Positions 48,528 through 62,114 of a stretch of DNA of 64,000 nt are shown here, one piece after another; within the stretch, counting starts at the first letter, position 1, and the number at the start of each line of letters is the position of its first letter. Position numbers and translations under genes: made by a program. This DNA is from Hydrolagus colliei (taxonomy: Eukaryota): the NCBI GenBank assembly GCA_035084275.1, contig CM068759.1, forward strand, positions 2,542,001-2,606,000. Reading direction: 5' to 3'. The notes below the pieces were generated by a model. That model saw nothing but the letters and a program-made list of their open reading frames with translations, had not been told where the DNA came from and did not search any database.

Positions 48528-51074
48528 TCATCTGCACATTTGATACAGAATTTACAGATATTGAATACAAAATCCCTTAAAAATTAAATTTCAGGTGTGT
48601 ACTTTGCTTCACTGGGGGAAGCCATATGAATAAAGCATGTTAAAAACTTAGGTCGAGATTTCACTCTATTTAAGTAACACCTCAGAGGGCCTGAATTTGG
48701 CAAATTGTTGAATTCCGTCTTAATTTTGAACTGTAAAGAACAAACCGTTTGCGTAGACACTATTTGAGAAAACGCCAAATGCCTGACACTCTTGAGATGT
48801 TGAGAAAAAGAGTGTGTATTACGACCCAAGGGGAAGTAGTTTTCATAAGATGAAACTTCAGCCTGTTGCCTAAAAGGCTGAGTTCTGAAGCTTTGGAATT
48901 TATGAGTCAGCCTTGACACTGACTTACATTACACCTGTGTTATGGTTGATTATGTTGCCTCATTACTTGGGGCAAAATAAGGTAGTTTGAATAATTACTA
49001 CTTACTAATTACTAATTTCATAGTCGGGCAGAGCAAAGCCAGTGGTGAAACCAAAGATGATAATCTTTTACGTCAGCTGAAGAAAACCACATGATTTTAA
49101 ATCCAGTTACATATTTGTGTTCCATTAACTTTATGTCACGCAAGACTATGTGTCAGTCATCTGTTAATTGGCCCCAAACCAAGAGAAGCGCTCATCTTTT
49201 GATCAAATAGTGGAGTTGTTGCCTTGGCCAACAACACCCATTCCCGATAAAATCGATCACTCTCTTCATCATGGCTCTTTTCCGAGGCACAATTGTGGAC
49301 AAATTGGCTGGTGGTTTGCCTTGCAAAATGCACAGTCATTACACTTTACAATAATATGCTGTGAAGTGCTTTGAGTCCCAGATGTGAAAGGCGCTATATC
49401 AAATGCAAGGATTATCATTCTTGCTGTTCTTGTTAATTACTGCCCTGGAACTCTGAAACACTCTCCTTCGAATCCCTCCACCTTGCCCCCCCTCTCCCCC
49501 TTTTCAAGTCATGACTGAAACCGTTTTTTGACTTTGTTTTTTGACTTGGAGTCAGGCTGGGTCACTGTTAAACACTCTGAGACACTACCCTACACGGAGG
49601 GCGCTATTTAAGTGCAAGTTGTTGTTGCTATGACTAAATGAAACTCTTGTCTCATCCACTTTCTTCTTTAATGTTCTGTACTGATTGTCTTGTATTGCCA
49701 AAGGTAATCAGTACATAGCAAATCCCTTCGCTAAAAACTCCCATCAGTATCAATGACGAGAAAGCTACATGTGGGACGTTGGAATACCACCTTGCTGCCA
49801 CCTGAGGGCAGAATAACGATACTTTCAGGGTTTCTGGATTCACATCATTGAAGATATTTTATAACAACTTTTCCATTTTCTCTAAATGAGGCAAGAGATT
49901 TTATTAAAATACTATTCAGATTTCAGTATTTTAAATGATTTCTATATTTGCTCTCCCTGTCATTTTCTATATCTAGGTTAAAAAAAAACGATATACTGTA
50001 CTGCATACTACATACTGTGGTTACTACATGTGAGGACATCTCAAAGTTTGTTCCAAGATTTCACTTACGTTTGGAATAGTGTCTTTCATGCCAGGAGGAT
50101 GCCTCAAAGCGCTTCACAGGATATAATAATAAAAATAATTGTTGTATTTGGTACAGAGCCTTTCAGGTCAGGAGGACATCCCAAATCACTTCACAGAATT
50201 TACTGCAAACAAACTGCACGTTTTGTGGGGTGAATGAAGGAGCCGATTTATGCACAGCAATGTCCCCCAAGCAGCAACAAATTAAAATCAGGCATCATCT
50301 GAATGCTGGCAACACTACATTCAAACACAAGCCTAGACTACAGTTCAGCGCCTTGGGACGTCCTCCCGACTCTGAAAGGCTCTCTAGAAATGTAACTTTC
50401 ATGTAATTTTTGTGGTTGAACCCACAACCTTCTGACTCATTAGAAAGGGCGCTACCAACAGAGTCATGCCAACACACAAAGTGATACCCCCCCACCCCGG
50501 TATTGCATTGGAGTGTCAGCCTGGAACAGGTGAGTTCAAAGAACCGACATGCAACTGACTGACTCAGAGATGTGATTGCTGCCAACTGAGCCAGGCTGAT
50601 ACATCACCACCCACTGAAATGTTGGCCCCAGCCACTGAAACTGCTTGAAGGTGGCAATAATTTGAATAATAAATCGATATGTATAAGCCAGTGACAATAA
50701 ACTCTAGATCCTTGGGTTCGCTAAGGATCTCATTAAGCTGGAAGAAAAAACATGCCTGTTAGCTTAGAAGATTTACTTTACAAAGGCAGTTGAGCACTGA
50801 TCTCTTTAACTGAGATATCAGAAAATCGTATTTTCCTCCCTATTTTATAATTAAATGTTGCTATGACAACCGTGCCAAATTTTTCTTCCTGTTAAAATGA
50901 ACTGACCGATAAAATTCGAGGCACGTTTACTTCTTGTGGTACCTCTTCTGCCTATTTTTAGATGCAACCTAGCACAGTTTAGCTTAAGACGCTACACGAT
51001 CACAGTCTCCCTGCGTAAAGGCTACTAATTGCTATTTTTGCCAAGTGATTTAGTGACCCAGCATTCGGATAACT

Positions 51075-51075
51075 C

Positions 51076-51104
<29 letters not shown>
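51075..51104. repeat. (GA)n microsatellite
   Basis: Direct reading. Confidence 0.92.
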
Positions 51105-51112
<8 letters not shown>

Positions 51113-51136
51113 AGATAGAGAGAGACATAGCATTGC

Positions 51137-51775
51137 GATTCACGCCGAGAGTCACACGTTTCCAAGTACAGCAGAACCCCTGCTGCCACATAATTCGCAC
51201 CCTCACACCTCCCTACCTCTCTGATCAGCTCCAGCATTACTTTTCTCGACCCCCGATACTCACTCCCATCGCCCTGAAAATGTCCCCTCTGTCCTTTCCA
51301 TCGGCCTTCAGCGGGTTTGCGCCCACCCTCTAAAATCCCGCTTCCACCCCCACCCCCTTTTGTCTTGCTCCCTTCTCTATCCATGCATCCTACATTCCTT
51401 CCCCCAACCATGACCCTTCCCTCCCTGCTCTGGTCCCTACCTCTTCTCCCTCCCTTTCTTCCCTCTTGTCTTCTCCCTCCCATCCTGCTCTGGTCCCAAC
51501 CTTGGGACATTGTTGTACTCTGTGAAGCGCTTTGAGACGTCGATAAGACGTGGAAAGCGCTATATAAATGTAAGGATTATTATTATTATCCTGTCTGCTG
51601 GCCTGTCCATCCATTCATCCATCCAACTACTGTACAGTATCTTCAAAAGCTACCTAAAGACCACCTCTTTAATTGTGTCTCTGGTTCCCTCCCTCCTCCC
51701 TCTCTGCTCAACATTCCCTCCCAATGTCTCTGTGATGTTACTCTCGTGAAAAGGGCGCCATATAATCGCGGGTTG
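51137..51775 (+). mobile_element. Rearranged L2 fragments with C/T-rich 3' UTR and an embedded SINE tail
   Basis: cctccctacctctctgatcagctccag (PPYLSDQLQ), ttcaaaagctacctaaagaccacctc (FKSYLKTT), tail gtgaagcgctttgagacg. Confidence 0.7.
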
Positions 51776-51838
51776 TTTCTTGAGAAACAAATTGCTCTTA
51801 TCTTTTTATTCCGAGGTGCAAAAAAGCATGTGTATTGT

Positions 51839-51851
51839 TGCCATCTACTGG
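51839..51851 (-). promoter_or_regulatory. Candidate CTCF site CCAGTAGATGGCA
   Basis: Matches the degenerate core CC[AG][CG][CT]AG[AG][GT]GGC[AG]; motif match only. Confidence 0.4.
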
Positions 51852-52202
51852 TTAGTTGTATTCACACAGGCAATAATATGAACGGTCCTGTTTCCCAGCA
51901 CTTAACTTGTTATTAGAAAGTATTTCGCTCGAATATATTTTTTCTTTATTTCCTTCCGTAATAATCTGTTTATTTCTGAAGAGAAATAAAATGAATCTGA
52001 ATGGTGCACAGCGGGAATGTCATCGAAGCAGGGTTTGACTGTTGATTTATTTTTATTATCTGTCTTTAATATATTTGCCGGCTCCCTTAATGTTCATTCA
52101 AGATCTATAAAGCAGCCATGTGACATCCCGAGTGTTGGTATTCTGGATGCTACTCTGCTGCTGACATACCGAAAGATTGGAGCCCAGCTCAGGTCACGCT
52201 AC

Positions 52203-52517
52203 ATAATAATAATACTAATAATAATCCTTCTATTTGATATAGCACTTTTCACGTCTTCCAGCTGTCTCAAAGAGCTTCACAGTATATACTGTAAAATGAA
52301 GTGACTGTATATTTGTGGGCGGAACGCTGCAGCCAATTCCGTAGTGTCCCCACAAGCAGTCGTGGATTGAAATGACCAATTTTTTTTGGGGGGACGGATT
52401 ATAATTAGGCGTGTGGAGTAAGGAAACTTGCCCAAGGTTTCGCCCTGACCTGCCTGGAATCAAACACGGTCTCATGCTTGTAAGACGAGTGCTCTAACCA
52501 CTGAGCTACAGAACTCC
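52203..52517 (-). mobile_element. Full-length tRNA/Deu SINE, same family
   Basis: Reverse strand head GGAGTTCTGTAGCTCAGTGGTTAGAGCACTCGTCTTACAAG..GTTTGATTCC (A box, TAC anticodon-like loop, B box). Confidence 0.9.
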
Positions 52518-52982
52518 ACGAATACAATACGATGTACACCTTACAGCATCTTTCACATTGGGAGGATGACCCACCAAATAAGTGTTAAACCTGCTGTAAA
52601 TTATATTCCACCATTGTACAACAAACCAGCCGACCTACAGTAGAAAACTCTAAACCTGCCTAAGCCAAATGGATAACCATTGGTTGTCGCTTTAAAGTGA
52701 AACTGAGCAAATGTCAAGCCTTGAAGGGTTCAGTCAGGTTTAAATAGAAACTGAACCTGTTTGAAACCATTGTGTTACATGTGTTGGCTTTTATCACATC
52801 CAGATCGCATTACATTTAATGGGGATTGGCATCTGCGAGGATCTTCCTGAATGCCTTTTATTTGTGTTAAGCAACAGAAGTCTACGCTTGTGGTTAAATG
52901 ACATGGTTGGTACATCAACAAAAATTTGCATAACCCTTTCATGTCTGGAGGATGTCCCAAAGCACTGGGAAGGTTTATAATA

Positions 52983-53146
52983 TAATACTAATTCTTGCAT
53001 TTCATATAGCGCTTTTCAAATCTTCTAGATGTCTCCAAGCGCTTCATAGAATGTACTGTATCATAGAATCGTAGAATTTTATGGCACAAGAGGCCATTCG
53101 GCCTATCTAGTCTGTGCCAGCTCTTTGAAAAGAGCAACTCAATCCC
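52983..53146 (-). mobile_element. SINE tail fused to a CR1 3' end
   Basis: SINE tail 52983-53060, then tcatagaatcgtagaattttatggcacaagaggccattcggcc...ttgaaaagagc. Confidence 0.78.
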
Positions 53147-56100
53147 TTATTTATGAAGTAAGTACCGGTACTTTAAATTGAAACTGCATCTCTGCAGAGT
53201 TGTGTGTCAAATGTAAATTTTGTTCATGACAAGCATTGAGTAACGTTTTCTAGGTGTGATTGTTTCTATTAGGTTTCGGGAGTTGTACATCCTGTCAAGT
53301 CCTCACCAACTCTGCACAAATCTCGGGGTAACTATTGTACGAACATAGGAGTAGACAATTCAGTTCCTCGAGCCTGTTCCACCACTCTATTAGATCACGG
53401 TGGAACTATACCTCAACTCCAATTTTTCTTATTACTTCAAGTATATAAAAATATCCTATTATGTATGTACGGCAGATAAATATCTGAAAGTGAGACATTT
53501 GCACAATGCGCTTCTTAGCCCCGTAAGTGAGTTGCTGCTTGCGTTTTTTATTTTGTAGAGACCTTCTTGAATCGAACCACGCCATTCAATCATCAAGCCA
53601 TTGACGCAGATCGCAAAACCGCGCTCTGCATTGGAGAATCCGTTTAGTTCATTCAAATGCAACGGAAATGCATCCCATGTTTGTCAGTATGTTGTATTGC
53701 TAATAAGATTGGCCAGGGATTTGCAGCCCATTCTTTTGAAAGCTTTTCTGCTCAGCACAGTGCAAATCACCACCTTCATAATTGTAACTAATAATATATC
53801 ATGCAATGTTGTTATAAAAAAAATATTTATTGCACCAAAGGAAATAGTTTGGGGAATACTGTTCAGATGTTATTTATTAGGTAGTAGTGTTTCATATGCT
53901 TTCATTTATTCACAGAGGTAGGAGGACTTAGATTTTTTTTAACCTCTGCATATTTGTACTACTGATTCAAATGCTATTTTTCGAGTGATATTGTTCAGAT
54001 TATCCATATTAACTTAATCAATCAAGATCTTGGAGATCACTACAGGGAAAGGGTATTTCTGAGGATTTTTTTCATCCAGCAAACACAACAGGAATATTTT
54101 AATGCCTCAACACATTTCCTGTTAAAAATAAATGTAATAATCAACCAACACAAAGTAACACGGGGTTTACAGTTGCAAGAGGCAATTTCAAGACAGATAC
54201 TGTCTGTACCCAGACGGTAACTAACAATGAGAACACATTGTCAGCAAGAGTAGTTGAGGCCAGGACACTGGGACACATTAGAAAACAGTTTTTGATGCTA
54301 TTATGATGGAAAGACTGTGATGGGAAGCGTGATGCTGTGATACAATCTTGTGATTTCCAAGCATTGAATTTAACAATCTCGCAACTGACATTCCTAACTC
54401 ACCTAACCTCTCTGTGCCATTGGTTACTTGGATTTTAGCGTATTCCCTGTTACACCTTGTTAGGCGGGTTAGGTTCTGAAGTTGCTATTTCGCATTTTAA
54501 TTCTCAGTTTGTATTTTATTAGTCTCACGTTCTGACTGGTTCTGTGGTTCTATTTTTATCTTCAACGGTCTCTGACCACCGGGTTTCACGTTAGCCTTGG
54601 TTCCAAAGATGCTTTCAGCTTTCATTTCCTTAATGAATTTGATGCAGAGTCAAATCCGCCTGGTTAATAAACCTCCCTAATCAGGCTAACTTGCTCCTGC
54701 TCTAGGCTAGCGGGGGCTACTGAATACTTCATCATCCAGTTGGTTTTGGTGACTGATAAACACATACGAGCACACTTCACAAATGGGCTGCGTCATTACC
54801 AATAATTTGTCTGCTGCAGGGATCATTGCTTTCCTAATACATATTCATGCCTTAACCGAGTATGTGTATATATATATAAATATATATTTATATACAAGGA
54901 TGGTGATTCTCAACAACCTTGCAATCAGGTTTGATCCAGTTATTTGAGGGGCTGTTTGGAGATGAGCAGTAGAGTTAGCTTTGAAGAGAAAAAGCTATCA
55001 GCATTAGTGAGGGACACTGAAGTTGTTTCATAAATGCTTTGGAGTTTCAATCCATCTCTTAACACATCAGTATTCATAACTGTCCGACAGAGAATATGAG
55101 TGCAAAGTGCTACATCCAAGGATCAAAAGGCTGTAGAAATCACAGAAAGAAATGTAGAAATATAAGTTACAGACTCGGCTATTTTCACCCTATTTTGGTT
55201 CCATAAATAATTCTAGTGCATAAAATAAGAATTATGATATTTTGATGTTTAGGAGACCCAGGTTAAAATCTGTTACCTCGGTTACTTTTTAAGACTATTC
55301 CCAGTGTTAATTTTCACACAGTCATAGAAGATTTAGAAACACAATCACGTTAGACAAGTACCGCAATACTGTCATTTGTGTACAATCAAATTGCGTATTA
55401 AAATGTCTTTGCTTTATGTTCATGGCCTAGAGCACAAAGGGAACATAATCAAATATCTAAATTAGGGAAACACACAGTGCAGTACTTAAGTTTTTGAAAA
55501 GATACGCGGCAAAGTTTTGACCAAGTTATTTTACACCCTCTGAAAGCAATGAAATGTTATTCTCTTTTGCAATATTATATTCTGCATTTCGCTGTTCTCT
55601 AAACGGTTTCAAAGGAATAAGATAGCAACAGAGGCGCCTTTCTTCTACATGTTGTTGCCAGTTTTCATTTTAGAAGTATCATTACCTCGTAAATTGCTTT
55701 CTGTGTTCAAGATCAGAGAGTATTCATCTGGGTTTTGTCCTTTACCGCTACAATTCAACACACAGTTTTATTGGGGATTCTGAAATCTAAGTCAATGACT
55801 CTCTCCAGTCCCTTGAGTGTAATAAGGGCAATTACCATTTGTGTCCAATGGAGAAGATAAGAAGATAAGATTTATTTAAAGCTATTGAAACCTTCTGACA
55901 TGTTGTAAATGAGCAGCCACCAGCAAATCTCCAATAAACTAAGTACACACGATAAATTCTATGAATCCTTTTTTAAGTTTGGATAGATATACAAACAGAT
56001 TTTTATTTGATTTGAGAGGCCGTATTTTTCATGCAAACTGACATTCAAAGGTTTAGCCTGAGTTAGATCCATGGAATGAGAAAAATATAGCCAAGCCTGG

Positions 56101-56309
56101 TAGCTGCTATGGAGACCAGTTTAAAGAGAATATTTGCAGAAAGTGGTGGTTATAATGAGTTTTAGAATGAAAAAAAAGGTTTTAAGCACTTTTAAGCTGT
56201 AACAATTAACATCCTGTCTTAATTTGAACGTGTCAGAGCATTGGGGCATCCTCCCAACATGAAAGGCGCTCTATAAATGTAATTTTGTTGTCGTCGTTTG
56301 TTGTCAGCT

Positions 56310-56765
56310 TGCCAGCAATCTGGCTTCTGAGTCAGAAAGTTGTAGGTTCAAGCCCCACATCAACATCAACTTGCATTTATATATAGCCCTTCATGCAGGG
56401 TAGCGTCCCCAGTGAGCGTGGACTTTGAGGTTGGACGAGGCCAACACTACAGTGTGCTGGAGATGCCATTGTTTGGATGATGAAATTAAACCAAGGTGCT
56501 CATTCAGTTGGACTTTAAGTTGTCCCAGGACACTATTCATAAAGAGAAGAGATTTTCTCCTGGTATCTTGGTCGATAAATCTGGAAATAAAATTGTTCTT
56601 TCACTTTATTGCCTGCTTATGGAACATCACTGTTCCTAAATTGGCTGCCGCATTGACCTACAAGGTCTCTACTTCTCTTCCGGTAAAAAAAAGGAATCCT
56701 GTAAAGTGCTTTGAGATGCCCTTCTTAATGTGAAAGGTGCTATGTTAAAAATCAAGATTATTATT
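56310..56765 (+). mobile_element. Older near-complete DeuSINE, interrupted at ~56361-56411 by an antisense L2-type tail
   Basis: tRNA-like head ctgagtcagaaagttgtaggttcaagcccca; ggatgatgaaattaaaccaagg; aaattggctgccgcatt; tail gtaaagtgctttgagatg..gtgaaaggtgctat. Confidence 0.72.
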
Positions 56766-57750
56766 AAAGGCCAGCTTTTTTGGTTCACATCACCATTTTC
56801 CTCCTGTATATTTTCCCGTGTGAGTAAGAATGTCGAATCACGCCAGGAAAGGAAAGATAATCATCTAAAATGAAACTGAAGTGACATTTAATAACAGGTG
56901 CGAGATTTAGCTCCCAGAAAAAAAACATAACAGGTCTGAAGCTGATCGTCTTCAATTCATTCAATTTGAATAAGGCCATTATCTACCTTTGTTTCAGCAT
57001 TTTATCTAAATGTAAGTCCAGAGACATGAATAGAAAAAATTGTTAGGAATAATCATAGCTTTCAGAATGCCCACGTCTGATTTTAAATATTTTAAATGTA
57101 AACTACCCTGATCAATTATCACGAATAACATTAATTAATAAATGGATGGTACTTTGTGCCTGCTTGTAGGAAGCCGTAATTTGCATTACAACATTTAAGA
57201 GGTCATATAAAATTTAAAAAATAAAAAGCACTCAACATAATGTCCGCTGAATGATTCATCACCTTGTTTGAAAACCACAGGTAATTTCAATAACAATTAA
57301 TATTGGATTTGGGAAACATTGGTGTCATTTGCAAAAAAAGCCTTTGATTTCCACCTTGCAGTGATATCTGGCAACAAAGCTAAAATAGTATTTCTTTGTA
57401 TTTATCCTTTGTGATGTATTTAAATTCATGGTTACCACTAAGATAGAAAAAAAGACCCAAATATACTGAACCCCTTTCCTATATAAAGCATATCCTCCAA
57501 ACTCTCACATCTTCATTTGTCAGACAATCACCATTGATCTTCGGTGGGGGTGGGAGGGTTTATCGAACGAGAACATCAAATGGGCTGAAGGGCCTTCATT
57601 ATCGAAACCGAGCTTGTGATCTTGTGAACTAAGATGACAATGAAATGTTTCATGCTTTGAATCCGACACAGTGCGATTGAAAGTTTGCCTTAGTTACAAT
57701 TGTGAAGCTCAGAATATATATGAGGCTACCCCGCATGAAAGGTGCTATAC

Positions 57751-58060
57751 AATAATAATAATAATCCTTGTATTTGACATAGCGCTTTTCACGTCTTCTA
57801 GACGTCTCAAAGCGCTTCACAGAATATACTGTAAAGTGAATTGACTGTACATTTGTGGGCGAAACGCGGCAGCCAATTGCGCTACAGCAGCGTCCAAAAA
57901 ACAGTCGTGGGTTCAAATAACCAATTCAGTGTATTTTGTTTTAGGGATTATTATCAGGCATGTGGAGTAAGGAAACTTGCCCAAGGTTTTGCCCTGTCTG
58001 GAATCAAACCCAGGTCTCTCGCTTACAAGGTAAGTGCTCTAACCACTGAACGATAGGACT
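57751..58060 (-). mobile_element. Full-length tRNA/Deu SINE nested in an L2-type tail
   Basis: Near-consensus copy; the flanks rejoin as ..catgaaaggtgctata / ataaacgcaagctgttgttg. Confidence 0.9.
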
Positions 58061-58750
58061 TAATATAAACGCAAGCTGTTGTTGTAGTTGAAATATATTT
58101 ACAGAGGAAGCACTGTTGAAAGCACTGTTTGCCTGGGGAATCTATAGCTAGAGTGAATCAGAGGTGATTTCCTTAGCCATCCTTACCGAGTTTGCATTGA
58201 ACCCTCGGTTCGGTATTGTGAGATCAAAAGCTTTCGTACCGAAACAGAAAGCTGACCAATAAATGAAATGGCAAGAAGACTACATGCCGCAAAGCAGCGC
58301 ATCCAGGCCTCAGCTCGAACAACAATTTAAAACCTACTGCACCTGTTCCAGAGATTATACATTCTTGCCGTCGGTTACCACCCGCACTGCGAGGAGAAAG
58401 GGAGAGAAAAAGTAGCAAAGGGGACACAGTTCACGTAACCAGCAAGTAAGAGGACTCACAGCCTAGCTACCAATTGAGCTAGGCTGACACCTCGAACAAT
58501 AGAGTATCAGTGATTATTTATTAGATGTATTAGACCTGCATTTTCAAAGTTCTTTCACTGGGTTACACGTCAATAAGCCATCCACAGTTGCCGCTATTGA
58601 GAATTGCAGCCTCCTACAGCCATTGTCCTTATAATGACAACAAGATAGCTCCTTGGCAGAATATTTGCCACCTTTAAGATAAGACCATTTACTCCTAGGA
58701 ATAGATCCATGTCCGGACAATCTAATTTTCAGACATTCAGATCGGTCATG

Positions 58751-58752
<2 letters not shown>

Positions 58753-58781
<29 letters not shown>
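58753..58781. repeat. (GA)n microsatellite
   Basis: Direct reading. Confidence 0.92.
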
Positions 58782-58786
<5 letters not shown>

Positions 58787-59589
58787 CAGTGCCGCCTTTC
58801 ATGGAAACTTTTGTGTCTCTCTCAGAGTCTCCCCAATTTATCCACTTTGGCAGCAAGATGCTCGCATTCTCCATTGGCCTGCAACTTTTAGAAGCTTTGG
58901 TGGTGCGGATTTACAATGAGAAATTCTCAGAGTGCACGTAAAAGCAAAGCTGCAGCAAGTGCTTGCAGATATTTACACCGAAGGGAGCAAGCAGGAAGTG
59001 GCAACCGGCCTTTACAATAGCGACTATTCTGAGTGGCGCACGTTTCAAGCCACACTTCATTACATTGTCAGAATGTCTTGAAACACTTCCCTTCACTGTA
59101 GTGACCGCAATTTAACTTTGGAATCAATGCCATTTGTTATTTTTGCACCGTTTCAGGTTTACATAAAGGTTTACCTCAGGTGCCATTATTAAGAAGCAAC
59201 AAGTTTTGACTCGAGCACTGCTTTACGTTTCGTCAAACGTAACTTGCTCATTTTATTTCTCTATGAATCACAGGTGCACTGGTTAAGGAAAGGTTCCCGG
59301 TAACAACATCTATTACCTTTGACAGGGTAAAGGTATTTTTAAGTGTATTTAAATTACTTTTTAAAGGTAATCCGTGATCCCATCAAAATGTTGCCCTTTT
59401 CGTGTGAATTTCATTGTTGCACTAGATCATGATGTGAGATCCATTCTTCGATTTAATTAAACAATTAGCAATGTTTTCAGAGGTTTGTATTGTAGGTTGA
59501 AGGAAATCAGCAGGTTAATACCGAGCTCCAACACATTATTACAGAGAAGTTGTGCTTGGAATCAGTCCAACCCTCACGGGAATAATTTG

Positions 59590-59835
59590 CACCTCCCCAA
59601 CTGTTTCCCCCACAAGCAGCAGATCATCCAGAACTCTTCAGCTCATGTCCCCTCCTGCACTAGGCTCCGTGACCCCATTACCCCCACCCTACCATCGGCG
59701 GCCGGTCTTTCAGTCACCATGCCCCAACCCTTTGGAACTCCATCTGGCAATCCCTTCGCCTTGGTTCCTCCCTTGTCTCATTCAAGGCCCAACTAGAAAA
59801 GGCCCTCCTTTTCGACTGTGCTTTCATCTTAAAAC
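59590..59835 (+). mobile_element. Internally deleted L2 ORF2 fragment
   Basis: QIIQNSSAHV..TRLRDPITPTL joined to accatcggcggccggtctttcagtcaccatgccccaaccctttggaactcc (TIGGRSFSHHAPTLWNS). Confidence 0.8.
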
Positions 59836-60353
59836 TTAGAATGTGGTCTATGGACTCACCATGTTCTGTGAAAAGTAGTGGCTTGAAAGGGTTTGGGCTT
59901 AAGGCAGGGCAGTAAGATTGAATGAACACATTGCTTTCAGAAACTATCCAGATTCAATGGGTCGAATGGCCTCCATTCTGTGCTCGAAATTTCTATGATT
60001 CTATGAGTGCCCACCGCTAATGTAATTTAAAGCCCGGGAATATTAAATACTTGAACAAATCAAATCAAGAACAAAACAAAGAGAAAAGCAAACTGGAAAA
60101 TGAGCTTGTGCTGCACCCTGCTCATCACTATCGGTCGGTTAGAGAGATGTGTATTGTTACCGAGGAACAGTCTGGGTTAGAGGATGATGTTAGATGGCGC
60201 TGTGGGAAAGGGGCAAGGGAAGCGAACAGTGAAGAGAAATTCCCCCACAATTAAAGTGAGGGCGATTCGAAGTGTAGTAACCTCATCTTGAATAATCAAC
60301 CAAGATATCAGAGTAAAATCAAATCACTGAAAGCGCCGTGCAATTTAACGGTA

Positions 60354-60712
60354 ATATAATATAATAATAATCCTTGCATTTGATATAGCGCTTTCCACAT
60401 CTTATCAACGTCCCAAAGCGCTTCACAGAATATAGGCACGGCCACCAAAGGAGGATTGGGGAGACAAGGAGGAGGCCAGACCCAGTAGAGCGAATAAAGA
60501 TCTGCTTTCTCCATCGTCTCCATTTCAGCCTCTCCGCTGTCTTTTTGCAATAACAGCCATTGCGTTAATAGAAGAATGCTCTTCACGTAGCTTAGCGTCT
60601 CAGAACGCTTCACTGTGGCCGAGCCGGACGCCGAACTGGAGTAGGGGGCGATAGGGGGTGGGGTGGGAGGAGGGTAGAGGTGACCGTAAGCACGGTCAAA
60701 GAGGAAGATCAT
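60354..60712 (-). mobile_element. Composite of a SINE tail (60354-60434) and two L2 3' pieces
   Basis: Reverse strand: ttcctctttgaccgtgcttacggtcacc..gtgaagcgttctgagacgc and ggcctcctccttgtc..ggtggccgtgcc. Confidence 0.72.
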
Positions 60713-61480
60713 GGTCTGATCATCTACCGCATTGTTGCATTCCACTTTACCCAGCTATCTAACCTGCATTTGCGTCATTGTTTTGGCAGGGATTGTATGA
60801 GAAAGGTTTGAGTACACCCTGATGTATTCTAATGAACCATTTATATTAACTGCTTTTGATTGCTGTTGATGTTAAAGCTACTTGCCCTGGTTCAAAGTGT
60901 GGCTTTTGATTCTCGCTGAATGAGTTTAAAGGACATCTAGACAGGAAGCGTCAGCCATGGCCATAAGAAATAAAAATAATACTGAATGTTGTTTTCAACT
61001 TTACTTTTGTGAATGGCGTAAGATTTGTTTTACACATGCTTATGCTTTATTCCCAATTGTGTCAAGCATATCTGTGTTGAACATATACATGCAGTATATA
61101 CTGTTAAACTGACAGATACACGTGTAAATTGATATTGACTAATACAATACAAAAGTATTCTTCAGGCAAAAGTATCCTTAGTATCAATAATCCATAATTC
61201 CTATGCCTTTATATTAGCTACCCTGCATGAGAGCGCTATATAAATGCATGTTGTAATTGTTGTAGTATGAATCTGTTGCATTTCAAATGCCTTAGCATAT
61301 TGAAACATAAGCAATCTTCCTTTCTCTCTCTGAATAGTCACAGGAACCTTTCACACTCACCAGGATAGATAGACAAGAACTTGCTTGAACATGTCACCCA
61401 AACAACACAGTCCTGACAATGCAACTGAGTACTGCAATGCAGTATTATGTTCAGACTACGAGCTCAGATAAGGTATGAAT

Positions 61481-61625
61481 GACTGTGGGACGCTGCTGTG
61501 TGCAATTGGCTGCTGCATTTCGCTCACAAAATATACAGTCAATTCATTTTACAGTATGTTCTGTGAAGCGCTTTGAGACGTCTAGAAGACGTGATAAAGC
61601 GCTATATCAAACATTATTATTATGA
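61481..61625 (+). mobile_element. 5'-truncated tRNA/Deu SINE
   Basis: gactgtgggacgctgctgtgtgcaattggctgc...gtgaagcgctttgagacgtctagaagacgtg. Confidence 0.85.
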
Positions 61626-62114
61626 TGATTATTTTGGTTATAACCCTTAAACGCCTGACCCAGAGATGACAGAGCTATCATAATGAGCCAACAGCTGTAG
61701 CCAAGAGATGACAGGCTTATTAAACGCATTCAGCAAATTGCAATAAGCAGTGAGAAGCATTAAACCATCAAAGGAAGAGAGAATTTTTTTTTGGCACAGT
61801 ATTTAGTAATGTATTCAATGGGAATCTGGGAGTATTTCATACATCAGTTCCAACCAGCCTTTCATTTTCTGCCTTTTATTGATTTTTTTTCCTATTAATT
61901 CAAGGAGGTTTTGACCATCTTTGGCTGCCAACTGTTCTTAGGCATCGCCTTATTGATTAACTTTACCACTTACATAATGACTTGTTTCATTCCTTAAAAC
62001 AACGTGTTTTTTTTATAGTTTACATTCTCAGTAAACAATTTTTATATACCAAAGGCCGCTCAGTTCCATTACAACAATCACTCCAAGGTTGAGCTTTAAT
62101 TGTTAGTTTAACAA

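Noticed and set aside
51025-51535. Gly/Arg-rich 161-aa and Pro/Leu-rich ORFs
   Set aside because: They arise from the C/T-rich L2 3' UTR and a (GA)n repeat; no splice or homology support.
52445-52517. tRNA-Val(TAC)-like sequence on the minus strand (also ~36960-37032, ~47890-47975, ~57995-58060, and + strand 32283-32312)
   Set aside because: These are SINE heads: A and B boxes are present, but they run directly into the SINE body and the cloverleaf stems are broken.
54873-54894. 22-bp pure-AT palindrome
   Set aside because: By-product of a low-complexity (TA)n tract.
60308-60745. 145-aa minus-strand ORF
   Set aside because: Chance read-through of fused L2 pieces and a SINE tail.
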